A stretch of 64,000 nt of DNA from Candidatus Binatia bacterium. Its GTDB lineage: Bacteria; Desulfobacterota; Binatia; Bin18. How positions within the stretch are numbered: the stretch's first letter is position 1; the number at the start of each line of letters is the position of its first letter. This document shows, in pieces, positions 48,240 through 59,074 of the stretch. A program made the position numbers and the translations under genes. The notes under the pieces are model-generated. The model made no database searches, was not told the DNA's origin, and saw only the letters and a program-made list of their open reading frames with translations. The stretch covers positions 2,667,460 to 2,731,459 of the forward strand of contig OY763426.1 of the NCBI GenBank assembly GCA_963667495.1, in the 5' to 3' direction.

Positions 48240-48785
48240 ATGTATTGGAAAAGCATGGTTTGTGTCGCTGTGAGTCTTGGCTTTCTCCTCTTCCCCCATA
48301 GTGGTGAAGGGGCTGACGACATCAGGGTCGGCTATGTGGACCTCCAGGTCGCGCTGAATACGTCGAGCGCCGGACAAAAGGCCAAAGACAGTTTTAAGGC
48401 TGAAGTAGGCCGGATGGAACGAAAGCTCGAAAAGCGCCGGGAAAAAGTCGAAAAGCTCAAGGAAGAGCTCGAGAAAAAGGCCCTCTTGCTGCGGGACGAC
48501 GAACGGATTGCGTTGCAGCGAGACTACCGCCAGGAACTGCGTGACTTTGAACGTCTATACAAAGACTCCCAAGAGGAACTCAAGATCAGAGACCGCGAAC
48601 TGACCGCGCGCATCCTGGTCGAACTCCGCCAAGTCGTCAACGATCTTGGCGAACAGGGCAGCTATTCGGTTATTCTCGAAGGCAATAATACGGTTGTGCT
48701 GTACGGCTCAAAAAGTATTGATCTGACCGAGTCGGTCATTGAAGCCTATAATAAAAAAGGCACCAAGATCTCTTTTAAAAACTAA
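48240..48785 (+). CDS. skp: OmpH/Skp periplasmic chaperone
   Basis: Signal peptide, RVGYVDL, coiled coils, IDLTESVI; start may be 48228. Confidence 0.88.
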   Translation: MYWKSMVCVAVSLGFLLFPHSGEGADDIRVGYVDLQVALNTSSAGQKAKDSFKAEVGRMERKLEKRREKVEKLKEELEKKALLLRDDERIALQRDYRQELRDFERLYKDSQEELKIRDRELTARILVELRQVVNDLGEQGSYSVILEGNNTVVLYGSKSIDLTESVIEAYNKKGTKISFKN

Positions 48786-48810
48786 GAGACCGTTGTGCGC
48801 TCACCGCCAC

Positions 48811-49296
48811 ATGGACCATCCCACTGTCGCCTCTGTTCTCCCCCATCGCTACCCGTTCCTCCTCGTTGACCGGGTGGTGGAACTCTCCGCCGGTCAACGT
48901 ATCGTCGCGCTCAAAAACGTGACGATCAACGAGCCTTTCTTTGTCGGCCACTTCCCCGCTCGCCCGCTTATGCCCGGTGTGCTCATCTGCGAAGCCGTCG
49001 TGCAGGCCGGCGGCATTCTGGCGCGTTCGTCCGTCGATTCGTCCGCAGAGACCGCTGTTCCTCCCCGTCTGTCCGTCTCGTCGCCACCCCGGCTCGCGAT
49101 GTTGACCGGGCTCGACCGTGTCCGCTTTCGGCGCCAGGTCGTCCCTGGCGATCAGTTGTTGATGGAAGTGGAAATCCTGCGCCGCCGCGGGACGTTCTGG
49201 AAAATGCAGGGCACCGCTCGGGTTGACGGGCAGGTCGCGGCGGAACTCGAATTCACGGTTGTTGATGTGGACCCGGAAAGCGAGACGCCAGCGTGA
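48811..49296 (+). CDS. fabZ: 3-hydroxyacyl-ACP dehydratase
   Basis: [32 protein letters not shown]. Confidence 0.95.
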   Translation: MDHPTVASVLPHRYPFLLVDRVVELSAGQRIVALKNVTINEPFFVGHFPARPLMPGVLICEAVVQAGGILARSSVDSSAETAVPPRLSVSSPPRLAMLTGLDRVRFRRQVVPGDQLLMEVEILRRRGTFWKMQGTARVDGQVAAELEFTVVDVDPESETPA

Positions 49297-50120
49297 GTAC
49301 CGAGACCGCGATCCATCCGTCGGCGGTGATCGCCCCTGGCGCGGAGCTGGATCATGGGGTGCGGGTCGGACCCTATGCCGTGATTGGCCAGCAGGTCCAT
49401 ATTGGCCGGGATTCCAGCATCGGGCCGCATAGCGTGGTTGAGGGGCACACGACGATTGGCTGCGAGAATCAGATTTTTCAATTCGCGAGCGTTGGTGCGA
49501 TTCCGCAGGATAAGAAATATCAGGGGGAGGACAGTCGTCTCACCATTGGTGATCGCAATACCATCCGTGAATTCGCCACATTAAATACCGGGACCACCGG
49601 TGGCGGGCTGGTCACGCGGATTGGGAATGATAATCTCTTCATGGTGTACTCCCATGTGGGCCACGACTGTCAGATCGGAAACAATGTGATTCTGGCGAAC
49701 TGCGCGACCCTGGCCGGCCACGTGCTACTCGAAGATTATGTTGGCGTGGGTGGGCTGGCCGCCATCCATCAGTTTACGCGGGTTGGGGAGTCGGCCTACC
49801 TCGGTGGGGGGGCGATGGTCTCTCTCGATGTGCCGCCGTACTGCGTTGCCCAGGGAGATCGAGCCCGTTTGTTTGGGCTGAATCTCATCGGACTCAAACG
49901 GCGTGGGTTCGGCGAGGAACAACTGAACGCGCTCAAAAAAGCCTATCGGACGCTTTTCGCCGAGGGATTGACGCTGAAAGAGGCGGCCGACCGCACACGT
50001 CAGGAACAGGCGTCATCCCCCGAGGTCGTCCATTTGACTGATTTCATTGCCAGCTCACAACGAGGTATTTGTCGTCCGCGACGGAATGCCGGCCAAGAGA
50101 GCGAAGATGATCTTGGCTAA
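49293..50120 (+). CDS. lpxA: UDP-GlcNAc O-acyltransferase
   Basis: IHPSAVI hexapeptide repeats, [31 protein letters not shown]. Confidence 0.96.
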   Translation: MSTETAIHPSAVIAPGAELDHGVRVGPYAVIGQQVHIGRDSSIGPHSVVEGHTTIGCENQIFQFASVGAIPQDKKYQGEDSRLTIGDRNTIREFATLNTGTTGGGLVTRIGNDNLFMVYSHVGHDCQIGNNVILANCATLAGHVLLEDYVGVGGLAAIHQFTRVGESAYLGGGAMVSLDVPPYCVAQGDRARLFGLNLIGLKRRGFGEEQLNALKKAYRTLFAEGLTLKEAADRTRQEQASSPEVVHLTDFIASSQRGICRPRRNAGQESEDDLG

Positions 50121-50154
50121 CCGCGTTGTGCCCCTCTAGCGAGCGTCCGAGCCC

Positions 50155-50985
50155 ATGGCGCGTCTTGGTCTCATTGCAGGCAATGGACAATTCCCGCTTC
50201 TCTTCTGCGCGGCGGCCCGTGCAGAGGGGGTTGAGGTCATTGCCGTCGCTCACCAGGGGGAAACGCCTCAGGCTATTCACGAGCACACGTCCCACGTCAC
50301 CTGGGTGCGGGTCGGGGAACTCGGAAAAATTATTACCACCTTCCACGAGGCAGAGGTGACCCAGGCCGTTATGGCTGGGGGCATCTATAAAACGGGTGCC
50401 ATGACCCAGATACAGCCCGATGCACGCGGGCTGGCTTTCATTAGCAAACTGCCCAATCTGAAGGATGACGTGATCCTGCGTGGAGTGGCACAGGAACTTG
50501 AAGACGAGGGGATTACGATTGTCGAATCCACCCGCTTCCTCTCATCTCTTGTGCCCCAGGAAGGGGTATTGACCCGCGCTGAGCCGGATGCGCAGCAGTG
50601 GCAGGATATCCAGCTCGGGGTCGCGGTGGCAAAAGAGATTGGTCGCTGGGATATCGGACAGAGCGTCGTCGTCAAGCGCGGCACGATCCTGGCGGTTGAA
50701 GGCGTTGAGGGCACAAACGCCGCCATTCGGCGCGGTGGCGCATTGGGCGGGGAAGGCAGTATTGTGGTGAAAGTCAGTAAGCCGCAACAGGATTTACGCT
50801 TTGACGTTCCAGCCGTTGGACCCGATACCATCGCGGTCATGCACGAGGTCAAGGCTGCCGTTTTAGCCATCGAGGCTGGCAAGACGCTCATGCTGGAGCG
50901 CTTGACACTGCTGGAGCGTGCCCAGGAAATGGGAATCCGGGTGGCTGCGGTGGAAGCGCAAACTGTGGAAGAGGCGACTGAATAA
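50155..50985 (+). CDS. lpxI: UDP-2,3-diacylglucosamine pyrophosphatase LpxI
   Basis: LGLIAGNGQFP, DIGQSVVV, AVEGVEGT, KPQQDLRFDVPAVG. Confidence 0.92.
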   Translation: MARLGLIAGNGQFPLLFCAAARAEGVEVIAVAHQGETPQAIHEHTSHVTWVRVGELGKIITTFHEAEVTQAVMAGGIYKTGAMTQIQPDARGLAFISKLPNLKDDVILRGVAQELEDEGITIVESTRFLSSLVPQEGVLTRAEPDAQQWQDIQLGVAVAKEIGRWDIGQSVVVKRGTILAVEGVEGTNAAIRRGGALGGEGSIVVKVSKPQQDLRFDVPAVGPDTIAVMHEVKAAVLAIEAGKTLMLERLTLLERAQEMGIRVAAVEAQTVEEATE

Positions 50986-50988
50986 ATC

Positions 50989-53526
50989 ATGAATAAACGA
51001 TGTGTCATGCTGTCCGTTATTGTTTCCCTTCTCCTGACCGTAGGGGCAACACGTACGGCTTGGGCTGGGATTCAGGCCGTATTAGAGAATCCGGGCGAGG
51101 ACCAGTTTGTGAGTGGGGTTCGGCTCATTTCCGGCTGGGCGTTTGCGGTCTCCGACGATCCCGACAATCCGGTTGCGCTGCCCGTTACCATTCAGCTTTC
51201 CATTGATGACCAGGACTCCGGTGAGATTCCCTGCTGTGTCGATCGGAGAGATGTCCAGGAAGAGTATGGCGAGCACGCGCTCAAGAGCGGCTTTGGGCAG
51301 GTGTTTAACTTCGGGGAACTCAGTGGCATCGGAGAAGGCTCGGAGGAGAGGGGAGCGGACCAGGCGAAGGGACAATATACGGTTCGCATTACGATATCCG
51401 CCGAGGGCGTTGAGAGTGAAATTATCGAACACTCCGTGACCGTCGTCCGCCCGGCCGGCTATACATTCCTTGAGCTTCCGAGTTTGATCGGCTCCACCAG
51501 TCACGAGATCAACCCTGAAACGCAGGAGCTTATGATCCAGAACGTCACTTTTCGTGATAAGCACAGCAATGAGCGAGCGTCGGGCGAACTCTGGTTAGCC
51601 TGGCAGCCCAATATCCAGCAACTGGCCGTGGTCGGCTCACGGATAGTGGCGACTGGGGAAGATGTGACCCCGGTCGAAGAGGATGAGACAGCAGACGGGG
51701 AGGAGGAGACGGCAGGCAGTGAAGATGAGGTCGCAGACGGCGAGGATGACACCGCAGACGAAAATGCTAGTCAGATCACCGCGGTCTTTGAAAATCCACC
51801 GCCACTGGAAGCGACGGTTGTGACCCAGGTCACGGCAGGGGGGATCGGGCTGGTGTCCGGCTGGGCGTTTACCAGAAACACCGATGCCGAGATTGATCGT
51901 GTTTCGCTGCGGATAGACGGCGATACCCCGATCGAGGTTGGGGAGGAAATTCCGTGTTGCTCGGACCGGCCTGATGTCAAGGCCGCTTTCCCCGCAGTGG
52001 CGCCCCCGAATACCGGTTTTGGCGGCCTCATCAATTTTAATCTGATTCCCAGCGGCGTGCGGACTATTGGCGTCGAAATCCGGGACACTGCGGACCCGGC
52101 TGAGACCCGGATTTTCGATCACGAAGTCTCCGTGGTCCGCCTGGGCGATGCCGAGTTGCTCGACGATTTTAAGCTGACCGAAGAGAGCAGTATAACAGTG
52201 ACCGGCTCATTATTGACCCTTCAGGATGTGGATATCAAGGCCAGGGGCGAGGATGAAACAATAACGGTGGACGCCGGGTTTCTCTGGAACGAGAGCTGCC
52301 AGTGTTTTTTGCCCTGGCCTCTGTGTGGCAACGGTGGACGAGATGTTGGAGAGGAATGTGATAGAGAGGCGCTTGGCGAACTGAGCTGTCAGACGCTTGG
52401 GTTTGGTGAGGGCGACCTGAGTTGTTTCAGGGACGAGGAGACCGACCACGACTTCTGCCTGCTCGATACGAGTGCCTGCGGAGAGGAGACAGGAGCCAAG
52501 GCCTATGTAACTCTGGTGAATGACGACGCCGTGGCTGTCGTCAGGACGGACACGAACGAGGTGACTCAGACGATCCCGGTTGGTGACCGCCCACGCGGCA
52601 TCGCGGTCAGCCCGGACGGGAATGAGGCGTATGTCGCGAATGCTGGAGACGCTACGGTTTCCGTTATCAACATCAATGCTGACCCAAAGACCGTGGTTGC
52701 GATAATCGAGGTTGGCGATGAGCCGCAGGGGGTTGCCTTTGCCCCGGACGGGGCTACCGCCTATGTAACGAATATTGAGGACAATAATGTTTCCGTTATT
52801 GATACCGCCACACGGACACAGACCACAACCATCGCAGTGGGCAAGAGTCCGCAGTCCATTGCCGTCACCCCGGATGGGACAACCGCATATGTGCCGAACT
52901 TTGACGATAACACCGTCACCGTGATTGACCTGACGACGCATACTCCCCTGCCTGACCCGCTTGTGGTGGGAGAGAGGCCGCTCGGGGTCGCGGTCAGTGT
53001 AGATGGGACGCGCGTCTATGTGACGAATTTCGGAGATCCCGATGAGAGCGATGAGATCGATTACACGGGAGACACGGTTTCCTTTATCGATACCGCAACG
53101 AACACCGTCGTTGATACCAACCCTGACGAGGACGGGGTGCAGCATCTGCAAGTCGGGGTGCAGCCTGCCGGGGTAGCCGTGATACCTGAAACGGCACTGG
53201 AATTGGTGAAACGGGAGCTGAGGACGGATGCTTTTGTCGCAAACTTCCTTGACGCAACCGTATCGGTGATAACGGAGGAAGACATTGATCCGGAACTCAG
53301 CACCCCGTCTTTTAATGTGGCTTTTAATCCACGCTTCAATGCGGTTAATAACGAACCGTACACCATTGCGATTACGCCAAATGGCCTGCGAGGCTATACG
53401 ACGATGTTCGGCTCCAGGACAGACGAGGGTGAGGTCGTCCAGGTCTTCAGTACGCTTGCTCAACAAGTCGTCGACACAGTTGAAGTCGGGAAGAAGCCGT
53501 TTGCCATTGCCATTGGTCCGCAATAG
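50989..53526 (+). CDS. Secreted mosaic protein: two Ig-like repeats, Cys-rich repeat, YVTN beta-propeller
   Basis: Signal peptide; duplicated SGWAF...IPCC.DR.DV...GFG domain; CGNG...EECD; repeated G..P.GIAVSPDG..AYV.N. Confidence 0.75.
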   Translation: MNKRCVMLSVIVSLLLTVGATRTAWAGIQAVLENPGEDQFVSGVRLISGWAFAVSDDPDNPVALPVTIQLSIDDQDSGEIPCCVDRRDVQEEYGEHALKSGFGQVFNFGELSGIGEGSEERGADQAKGQYTVRITISAEGVESEIIEHSVTVVRPAGYTFLELPSLIGSTSHEINPETQELMIQNVTFRDKHSNERASGELWLAWQPNIQQLAVVGSRIVATGEDVTPVEEDETADGEEETAGSEDEVADGEDDTADENASQITAVFENPPPLEATVVTQVTAGGIGLVSGWAFTRNTDAEIDRVSLRIDGDTPIEVGEEIPCCSDRPDVKAAFPAVAPPNTGFGGLINFNLIPSGVRTIGVEIRDTADPAETRIFDHEVSVVRLGDAELLDDFKLTEESSITVTGSLLTLQDVDIKARGEDETITVDAGFLWNESCQCFLPWPLCGNGGRDVGEECDREALGELSCQTLGFGEGDLSCFRDEETDHDFCLLDTSACGEETGAKAYVTLVNDDAVAVVRTDTNEVTQTIPVGDRPRGIAVSPDGNEAYVANAGDATVSVININADPKTVVAIIEVGDEPQGVAFAPDGATAYVTNIEDNNVSVIDTATRTQTTTIAVGKSPQSIAVTPDGTTAYVPNFDDNTVTVIDLTTHTPLPDPLVVGERPLGVAVSVDGTRVYVTNFGDPDESDEIDYTGDTVSFIDTATNTVVDTNPDEDGVQHLQVGVQPAGVAVIPETALELVKRELRTDAFVANFLDATVSVITEEDIDPELSTPSFNVAFNPRFNAVNNEPYTIAITPNGLRGYTTMFGSRTDEGEVVQVFSTLAQQVVDTVEVGKKPFAIAIGPQ

Positions 53527-53540
53527 GGCCTGTCTGTGAG

Positions 53541-53569
53541 TTGACGCCTGCCGGAGAACATGGCAATAT
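53541..53569 (+). promoter_or_regulatory. Putative sigma70 promoter of tRNA-Ala
   Basis: TTGACG-N17-CAATAT with a TG extension. Confidence 0.35.
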
Positions 53570-53614
53570 TTCTGCACTAATGCACTGACCCAACCTCCAT
53601 TCGTTTGCCACTGT

Positions 53615-53687
<73 letters not shown>

Positions 53688-53852
53688 CTTTTCCCCTTTC
53701 CTCTCGCAGCACACCAAGCCGGTTCTCGGCTGATACCCTCCTGTAAGAATCGGACGGCGGATGTATATGTTGCCGTTACCCTCCTTCACCTATGATATGT
53801 TCTCGTGCAATGAATAGGAGACAAAAGGAGTCGGAGAGGGGGATGACTGATA

Positions 53853-56800
53853 GTGCATACTCGTGTCTTGATCGCTAACCGTGGCGAAATCGCCATTCGC
53901 ATTGCTAAATCGGCAACGGCCTTGGGCCTGGAATCGGTCGGGGTGTATCCGGCTATTGATGCGCTTTCGCTACATACCCGCTGTATGACGGAAAGTCATG
54001 AGATCGGTACGGCGGCGGACGCTGTTGCGGCATATTTGAACGCGGACATGCTCGTCCAGACCGCCAAATCACGCGGGTGTGACTGTCTGCACCCCGGCTA
54101 TGGTTTCTTGTCCGAAAACGCCCCTTTTGCTGCGTTGTGCGCCGCCGAGGGAGTCGCGTTTATCGGTCCGTCGCCGGAAACGCTGGCCTTATTCGGCGAT
54201 AAAGTCAGAGCGCGGACGCTTGCCGAGTCGCTGGACATTCCCGTTGTGCCCGGTAGCGCCAAACCCATCGAGTCAGCGCGGGAAGCAGAAAAGCTGGCCC
54301 ACGATCTTGGATATCCGGTGATGCTCAAGGCCGCAGCCGGGGGTGGGGGGCGCGGTATGCGGGTCGTCGAGAGAGCCGAGCAGATGGCTGAGGCATTTGA
54401 GCGCTGTTGCAGCGAGGCCCAGGCCGCATTCGGTGACGGAGCCGTCTTTCTCGAAAGGCTGATCGCCCGGCCCAGGCACATCGAAGTCCAAATTCTGGCG
54501 GATTCATCCGGCAATGTGGTCCATCTGCACGAACGCGACTGCTCGGTCCAATTGCGTCACCAGAAGGTCGTTGAGGTGGCCCCCGCTCCGGGGCTGGACC
54601 CCGCCCTGCGAGAGCAGATGCTTACCGCTGCGATCACCCTGGTGAAGGCCGCCTCGTATGCGAATGCCGGTACAGTCGAGTTCCTGGTCTCGCCCGAGAC
54701 CGGCGAGTATTTTTTTATCGAATGTAATCCGCGGATTCAGGTTGAGCATACGGTCACCGAACAGGTCACCGGTATTGACCTTGTCGAGGCCCAGTTTCGT
54801 ATCGCCGCGGGTGAAACGCTCGCCTCGCTCGGTTTGAGTGACCAGCAGACAGTCGGCCGGCCGCGCAGTTTTGCCGTGCAGGCCCGTGTCGTTGCCGCGA
54901 GTACGGGGAGTATTACGGCCTATAAGGAACCCTCGGGCGCGGGCATCCGGGTGGATGGGTGTGGCTATCTGGGCTATGCCCCACCGCCGCAGTTCGACCC
55001 CTTGCTGGCGAAACTCATCTGCACGGCCGGTTCTTACGCCGCCGCAATGACACGCACGCGGCAGACGCTGGATGAGTTCCATCTTGGTGGTCTGCGCACC
55101 AATTTGCACCAACTGCGCGCCATCCTCGCCCATCCGTCCGTTCGGGCCGGCGATGCCAGAACATCATTATTGGCAGAGACCCCGGAGTTGAGCTCCGCGT
55201 CTTTCTCTGCGGCGGAAGGCAGCGCGCTTGCCTTGCTGGAGCAGCAGGCTGCCAGGCTGGGCATGACGGCTCCGGGACCGGTTGCCGTGCCGACTGCACG
55301 CCTGCCGGCCCTGGAGGTGGCCGAGGGCCAGGAATCCGTGCACTGCCCACTGGAGAGTTCTGTGGTGGAGGTCCGTGTGGGTGTGGGCGACACCGTGTCG
55401 CCCGGTGACACGCTGCTGGTCGTGAGTGCCATGAAGATGGAAACCCTGGTCACGGCAGGATGTGCCGGTGTCATAGCGGCACTGCAACCGCTCCAGGCCG
55501 GGGACACCGTCGCCGCAGGACAGGTGGTGGCGGTCGTGTCTCCGTCGCACGCCGTTACCCCTCAAGCGAAAGAGAGTACACAGCCCTGGAAGGCCGTACT
55601 GGAAGAGGTCGCGCTCCTCCGGAAATTTGCCAAACAGCGCTTGGAGCCCGGCTCCGACGACCCCGGCGTGGTGCGCCAACGCTCTCGCGGCAAGTTGACC
55701 TGCCGGGAGCGGGTTGAGCTGTTGCTGGACGAGGGCTCCTTTCGGGAGGTCGGCAGTGTCGCGGGTTTTGCGTCCTATGATGAAGATGGGGCCGTCGTGG
55801 GGTTTACCCCGGCAAACAGTGTTGGTGGCTGGGGGAAAATAGACCGGCGGGGTGTCGTGGTATGCGCCGATGATTTCACGTCTCGGGGAGGCCATGCCGA
55901 TGGAGCGATCGCTGCAAAGAGCGGCTATCTGGACCGTCTGGCAACGGAAATGCGTCTGCCCTCGATACGGCTGCTGGACGGCTCGTCCGGTGGGGGCAGT
56001 GTCGCAGCTATGGTGCCAGCCCAGAAAAAAGAGGGGGAGAGCAGCGCCAAGGAAAGCGCGGGCGCCATCAAAGCTGGTAGGCCGCGGGTGGCAGGTGGGG
56101 GCGGATCGTATCTACCCGGACACCTGGGCAGCAGCATGTACGCCGAGCAACTCGCGACCATACCAGTGGTCAATCTGTTGCTCGGCAGCGTGGTCGGCAT
56201 TGGCGCGGCCAAGGCCGTCCTGGGCCACTTCTCGGTCATGGTGCGTGATATCGCCCAACTCTTTGTCGCCGGACCGCCGGTTGTCTCGCATGCCATGGGC
56301 TACGATATCACCAAGGAGGAACTCGGCGGCTGGCATATTCACTGTACGAATGGTGCGGTAGACAATCTGGCAGAATCCGAAGAAGAAGCCACGGAGATGA
56401 CCCGGACGTTTCTGTCCTATCTGCCCTCCAGCGTATACGAGGTTCCACCCGTACACGCGGCCAGCGCGAATGATCCGATTGACCGGCGTGAAGAGGGACT
56501 GGCGACCCTCATCGCCAGAAAACGGACCACGACCTTTGACATTCGGCAGGCCATCAGGTTAATGGCCGACCGGGATTCTTTTTTTGAGATCGGTCCCTTG
56601 TGGGGGACCGATCAGGTGACCGGGTTCGTGCGGTTCAACGGTTATCCTCTGGGTGTGATTGCTTCTGACAGCCAGCATGCCAACGGTGGCGCGCTCACCG
56701 CCGACGGCTGCGACAAGCTGACGCGCCACCTGGATTTGTGCGATCTGTTTCATCTGCCACTCTTGAACCTGGTCGATAACCCCGGCTTCGCGGTCGGCCT

Positions 56801-57245
56801 GGAGCACGAGAAAACGGGCACGATTCGCAAAGGGGCAGAATGGATGATTGCCTTCGCCCAGGTCCGTGTCCCCATCTTTACCGTTCTGATGCGCCGCAGC
56901 TTTGGCGTTGCCGGGAATAATTATGCCACCCCGCGCTCGGAACCCTCGATGCGTGTCACCTGGCCGGCTGCGGATGTCGGCGGGATTCCACCCGAAGGCG
57001 GCATCGAAGCGGCCTATAAACGGCAGTTGGCAGAAGCGGACGATCCAGTCGCCTTCCGTGCGGAACTCAATGCCCGGATCGAGAGCGTCCGGGGACCGCT
57101 CGGCCCGTTGAACAAATTCCAGATCGAAGAAATGATCGACCCCAGGGATACCCGTCGCTATATCTGTGAATGGGTGGAAACCGCCTATCAGGTGGTGGCT
57201 CAGCCGACGCGACTCGTGCCCAGGGCCTTGCAGTTTCGGCCATAG
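53853..57245 (+). CDS. Single-chain biotin-dependent acyl-CoA carboxylase (BC-BCCP-CT)
   Basis: LIANRGEIA, HPGYGFLSE, GGGGRGM, ECNPRIQVEH; AMKM biotinylation site; GKLTCRERV and DNPGF CT motifs. Confidence 0.9.
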   Translation: MHTRVLIANRGEIAIRIAKSATALGLESVGVYPAIDALSLHTRCMTESHEIGTAADAVAAYLNADMLVQTAKSRGCDCLHPGYGFLSENAPFAALCAAEGVAFIGPSPETLALFGDKVRARTLAESLDIPVVPGSAKPIESAREAEKLAHDLGYPVMLKAAAGGGGRGMRVVERAEQMAEAFERCCSEAQAAFGDGAVFLERLIARPRHIEVQILADSSGNVVHLHERDCSVQLRHQKVVEVAPAPGLDPALREQMLTAAITLVKAASYANAGTVEFLVSPETGEYFFIECNPRIQVEHTVTEQVTGIDLVEAQFRIAAGETLASLGLSDQQTVGRPRSFAVQARVVAASTGSITAYKEPSGAGIRVDGCGYLGYAPPPQFDPLLAKLICTAGSYAAAMTRTRQTLDEFHLGGLRTNLHQLRAILAHPSVRAGDARTSLLAETPELSSASFSAAEGSALALLEQQAARLGMTAPGPVAVPTARLPALEVAEGQESVHCPLESSVVEVRVGVGDTVSPGDTLLVVSAMKMETLVTAGCAGVIAALQPLQAGDTVAAGQVVAVVSPSHAVTPQAKESTQPWKAVLEEVALLRKFAKQRLEPGSDDPGVVRQRSRGKLTCRERVELLLDEGSFREVGSVAGFASYDEDGAVVGFTPANSVGGWGKIDRRGVVVCADDFTSRGGHADGAIAAKSGYLDRLATEMRLPSIRLLDGSSGGGSVAAMVPAQKKEGESSAKESAGAIKAGRPRVAGGGGSYLPGHLGSSMYAEQLATIPVVNLLLGSVVGIGAAKAVLGHFSVMVRDIAQLFVAGPPVVSHAMGYDITKEELGGWHIHCTNGAVDNLAESEEEATEMTRTFLSYLPSSVYEVPPVHAASANDPIDRREEGLATLIARKRTTTFDIRQAIRLMADRDSFFEIGPLWGTDQVTGFVRFNGYPLGVIASDSQHANGGALTADGCDKLTRHLDLCDLFHLPLLNLVDNPGFAVGLEHEKTGTIRKGAEWMIAFAQVRVPIFTVLMRRSFGVAGNNYATPRSEPSMRVTWPAADVGGIPPEGGIEAAYKRQLAEADDPVAFRAELNARIESVRGPLGPLNKFQIEEMIDPRDTRRYICEWVETAYQVVAQPTRLVPRALQFRP

Positions 57246-57338
57246 GTGGCTGGGCAGCCACCCCGCTCGAACTTGCCGAAGCCCGGTCCGCCCTATAGAC
57301 AGAAGCAGACCGCAGCAGGTGAGCGTGGAGGACAGACG

Positions 57339-58913
57339 ATGAGTCAACAGACACCGGCCACCGACCCGAGGTCGCACACCGACGGCGAGCCCGGACAACG
57401 ACCTCTGACCGGCCAGGAATTCCTTGACAGCCTGCGGGACGACCGAGAGGTCTGGATCTATGGCGAGCGCGTCAAAGACGTCACTCAGCACCCGGCCTTT
57501 CGGAATTCCGCCCGCATGCTGGCGCGCATGTATGACGCGCTGCACGACCCGCAGAAAGCACCGACGCTCAGCACGCCGACAGATACCGGGAATGGCGGGT
57601 TCACGCATAAGTTTTACAAGGTACCGAAGAGCACGGAGGATCTGGTCGGCAGCCGGGACGCCATTGCCGAGTGGGCTCGCATCTCCTACGGCTGGATGGG
57701 ACGCTCGCCGGACTACAAGGCCAGCCTGACCGGCACCCTGGGCGCCAACGCCGAGTTCTATGCGCCCTATCAGGACAATGCCTTACGCTGGTATCGTGAC
57801 ACTCAGGAGCGCTGCCTGTTTCTCAACCACGCCCTGGTGAACCCGCCGGTTGATAAGACCAAATCTCCGGACGACGTCAACGATGTCTATGTGCGGGTGG
57901 AAAAAGAAACCGACGCGGGGGTCATAGTCAGCGGCGCCAAGGTGGTCGCGACCGGCTCCGCCCTGACGCATCATAATTTCATCGGCTTTTACGGGCCGAC
58001 GCCTCTGGGCAAACCCGAGATGGCGCTGTTTGCCATGATTCCCATGCAGAGTGCTGGCGTGAAGCTGATCTGTCGTCCGTCGTATGAATTGCACGCTGCC
58101 ACCCTGGGCAGTCCGTTCGACTATCCGCTGTCTTCCCGCCTGGATGAGAACGATGCCATTCTGGTGTTGGACAAAGTCCTCATCCCCTGGGAGAATCTGT
58201 TTGTCTACCGCGACCTGGATAAGGCCAACACCTTTTTCCCCGGCTCAGGTTTTATCCCGCGCTTTACCCTGCATGGCTGCACCCGTTTCGCGGTCAAGCT
58301 GGACTTTCTGGCCGGGGTCTTGCTGAAAGCCATAGAGGCGGTTGGCATACAGGACCAGCGCAGCGCCCAGGTGCAGGTCGGTGAGGTGCTGGCCTGGCGG
58401 CATATGTTTTGGGGTCTGACCGAGGCCATGACCAAGACCCCCGACCAATGGGTCAACGGTGCCCTCCAGCCCAACACGGAATACGGCCTGGCCTACCGCG
58501 TCCTGGCCCCGGTTGCCTACCCCCGTATCAAAGAGATTATCGAGCAAACCATTTCAAGCGGCCTGATCTATCTCAACTCACATGTGAAAGATTTCAAAAC
58601 GCCGGAGCTGCGGCCCTACCTTGAGAAATATTTACGCGGCTCCAACGATTACGATGCGCTGGAGCGCGTCAAGCTGCTCAAGATTCTGTGGGATGCCGTC
58701 GGGACCGAGTTTGGTGGGCGGCACGAACTGTACGAGCGCAACTATGCTGGCAACTATGAAAACATCAAACTCGAAAACCTGCCGGCGGCCGTGGCCATGG
58801 GCCGCGCGGATCAGCTCAAGGCATTTGTCGAGCAGTGTATGGAGGAATACGATATCGACGGCTGGACCGTCCCGGACCTGATCAACCCGGACGATGTGAA
58901 CCGGCTGAAGTAA
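57339..58913 (+). CDS. 4-hydroxyphenylacetate 3-monooxygenase / phenol hydroxylase large component (HpaB family)
   Basis: [55 protein letters not shown]. Confidence 0.9.
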   Translation: MSQQTPATDPRSHTDGEPGQRPLTGQEFLDSLRDDREVWIYGERVKDVTQHPAFRNSARMLARMYDALHDPQKAPTLSTPTDTGNGGFTHKFYKVPKSTEDLVGSRDAIAEWARISYGWMGRSPDYKASLTGTLGANAEFYAPYQDNALRWYRDTQERCLFLNHALVNPPVDKTKSPDDVNDVYVRVEKETDAGVIVSGAKVVATGSALTHHNFIGFYGPTPLGKPEMALFAMIPMQSAGVKLICRPSYELHAATLGSPFDYPLSSRLDENDAILVLDKVLIPWENLFVYRDLDKANTFFPGSGFIPRFTLHGCTRFAVKLDFLAGVLLKAIEAVGIQDQRSAQVQVGEVLAWRHMFWGLTEAMTKTPDQWVNGALQPNTEYGLAYRVLAPVAYPRIKEIIEQTISSGLIYLNSHVKDFKTPELRPYLEKYLRGSNDYDALERVKLLKILWDAVGTEFGGRHELYERNYAGNYENIKLENLPAAVAMGRADQLKAFVEQCMEEYDIDGWTVPDLINPDDVNRLK

Positions 58914-59074
58914 CAGATACTTCAGCGGCCCTGAAAAGCGTCTCGCGTTGATAGCCGAGCATGGGTTCCGCTAGCACACCAGTCAGAATAATACGCGTGA
59001 CCGTCCGAATATGCCGCTTGACCGCTTCCCCGGAGAAGGGGTCAGGACCGCCGATCTTCTCGGCAAAGGCAGTC

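Noticed and set aside
54860-54930. Short BC-domain segment (VQARVVAASTG) lacking the usual NAEDP loop, suggesting an inactive carboxylase
   Set aside because: The key residues (ECNPRIQVEH, the Arg in VQAR, the AMKM lysine) are intact; this is probably a loop deletion.
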